The notes beneath the pieces are model-generated. The model did not search any database. It was not told the origin of the DNA and saw nothing but the letters and a program-made list of their open reading frames with translations. From Chiloscyllium plagiosum (lineage: Eukaryota): DNA of 64,000 nucleotides. The DNA lies in the NCBI RefSeq assembly GCF_004010195.1, contig NC_057751.1, forward strand, positions 15,484,241 to 15,548,240, given 5' to 3'. Position 1 is the stretch's first letter. Every line of letters begins with the position of its first letter. The position numbers and the translations under genes were made by a program. Shown in pieces: positions 62,899 to 64,000 of this stretch.

Positions 62899-64000
62899 CA
62901 GCACACAACCTTCCCTAACAGGAAGTGGAAAGTGATCAAATTATCCCCTTGGTTTTGCAATGTTATTTGAGGGAGAAATATGAACAAATATAAATTGCCC
63001 TCCTTTGAAAAAAACAGGCACTTGGGGCTTCAGGTTAAGAAAGGGGGATTAATTTCAAGTTAGTGCTGGGCTGCTCAGGGGAGAGGAATCACTTCTTCAG
63101 ACATTGGGTAAATCTGGATCTCATTCTTCCCCGATAAAGAAAAAACTCTGGAGTAGTTTGTAAACTTCAAACCTGAGACTGAAAGATTTCAGTCGTATTT
63201 GTAATAGGGAGCCAAGTTAAGCAAACAGGGTTTGATAGAAAATTATCTGTTCATGGAACAAGGGCATCTCTGGCAATGCTTGCATTTGTTGCCCATCCTT
63301 ACTTGCCCTTGAATGGCTTGCTAGGGCCATTTCAGAGGGCAGTTAAGAGTTATCCACATTGCAATGGATCTTACAGGCCAAACTGGGTAAGGATGGGAGA
63401 TTTCCCTCCATAAAGGACATTATGAAACCAAAACCATCGAAGTTAGCATTGTGGTTTCCAATTCCAGATTTTTATTAACTCAGTTAGAATTCTACCAGCT
63501 GCCATTGTGAGATTTGAACCCACATCCCCTGAGCACTAATCTGAGCTTTTGGATGACAAGTCCACTGGCTTCACCACTGTCACCTGGATACAGAGTAACA
63601 GCAGTGATCTGGTTTCACTGTGGGGAAAAAGCCCAAAGAGCACAGCGGCCTGTCCTTCTGCTCGATGTTCATGTGGTGAAGTGAGAGATTTTGCTGTTAC
63701 ATGCTCGCATGCCGCCTGTTATTATTTCCCCACAGCCGAAAGGGCCAACTGCTTGAAGGGTTTCACGCTGCTTGTGTCACGAGAATAAATCACATCTCAC
63801 ACTCCACATGACGGCTCTTGGTGATCTTCCATCACAAGGACTGCATTAGCCCCTCGCCTCGGGTACCTTAACAACAGGCCAAGAAGTTTGTTGACACCAG
63901 CTCTCATCGGCACAAGGCTACACACAACACTTCACATCTGTTCCTTCAGGAAACTGTTAAATCCCCTCTGACAAAGGTATTTGTTTCACTTCTGGGCCCC

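Overview
Vertebrate genomic DNA, most likely from a shark: the repeat content (HE1-type SINEs, CR1 LINEs, Deu-type SINE remnants, Penelope-like elements) is elasmobranch-like, which is an inference. The window is almost wholly occupied by the 3' ~58 kb of a minus-strand BMP1/tolloid metalloproteinase gene. I traced 16 coding exons by hand, all with GT-AG junctions, consistent phases and an open frame (2410 nt, ~802 aa): astacin domain C-half, CUB1, CUB2, EGF1, CUB3, EGF2, CUB4, CUB5, stop at 4372-4374, probable poly(A) signal at 3179-3190. The 5' exons lie beyond position 64000; exon numbers follow mammalian BMP1 by analogy. Introns are dense with retroelements and carry two large minisatellites that abut splice donors; there is one assembly gap (44870-45266). 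The most striking non-genic signal is a set of about a dozen Penelope-like insertions of several sub-families. Many carry a minimal hammerhead-ribozyme core (CTGAtGA-stem-GAAA-CGTC), many have 11-15 bp target-site duplications, and three are self-inverted. A locally templated inverted/direct repeat also brackets CpG-rich candidate cassette exons in intron 7. Repeat boundaries are approximate and no database searches were run.
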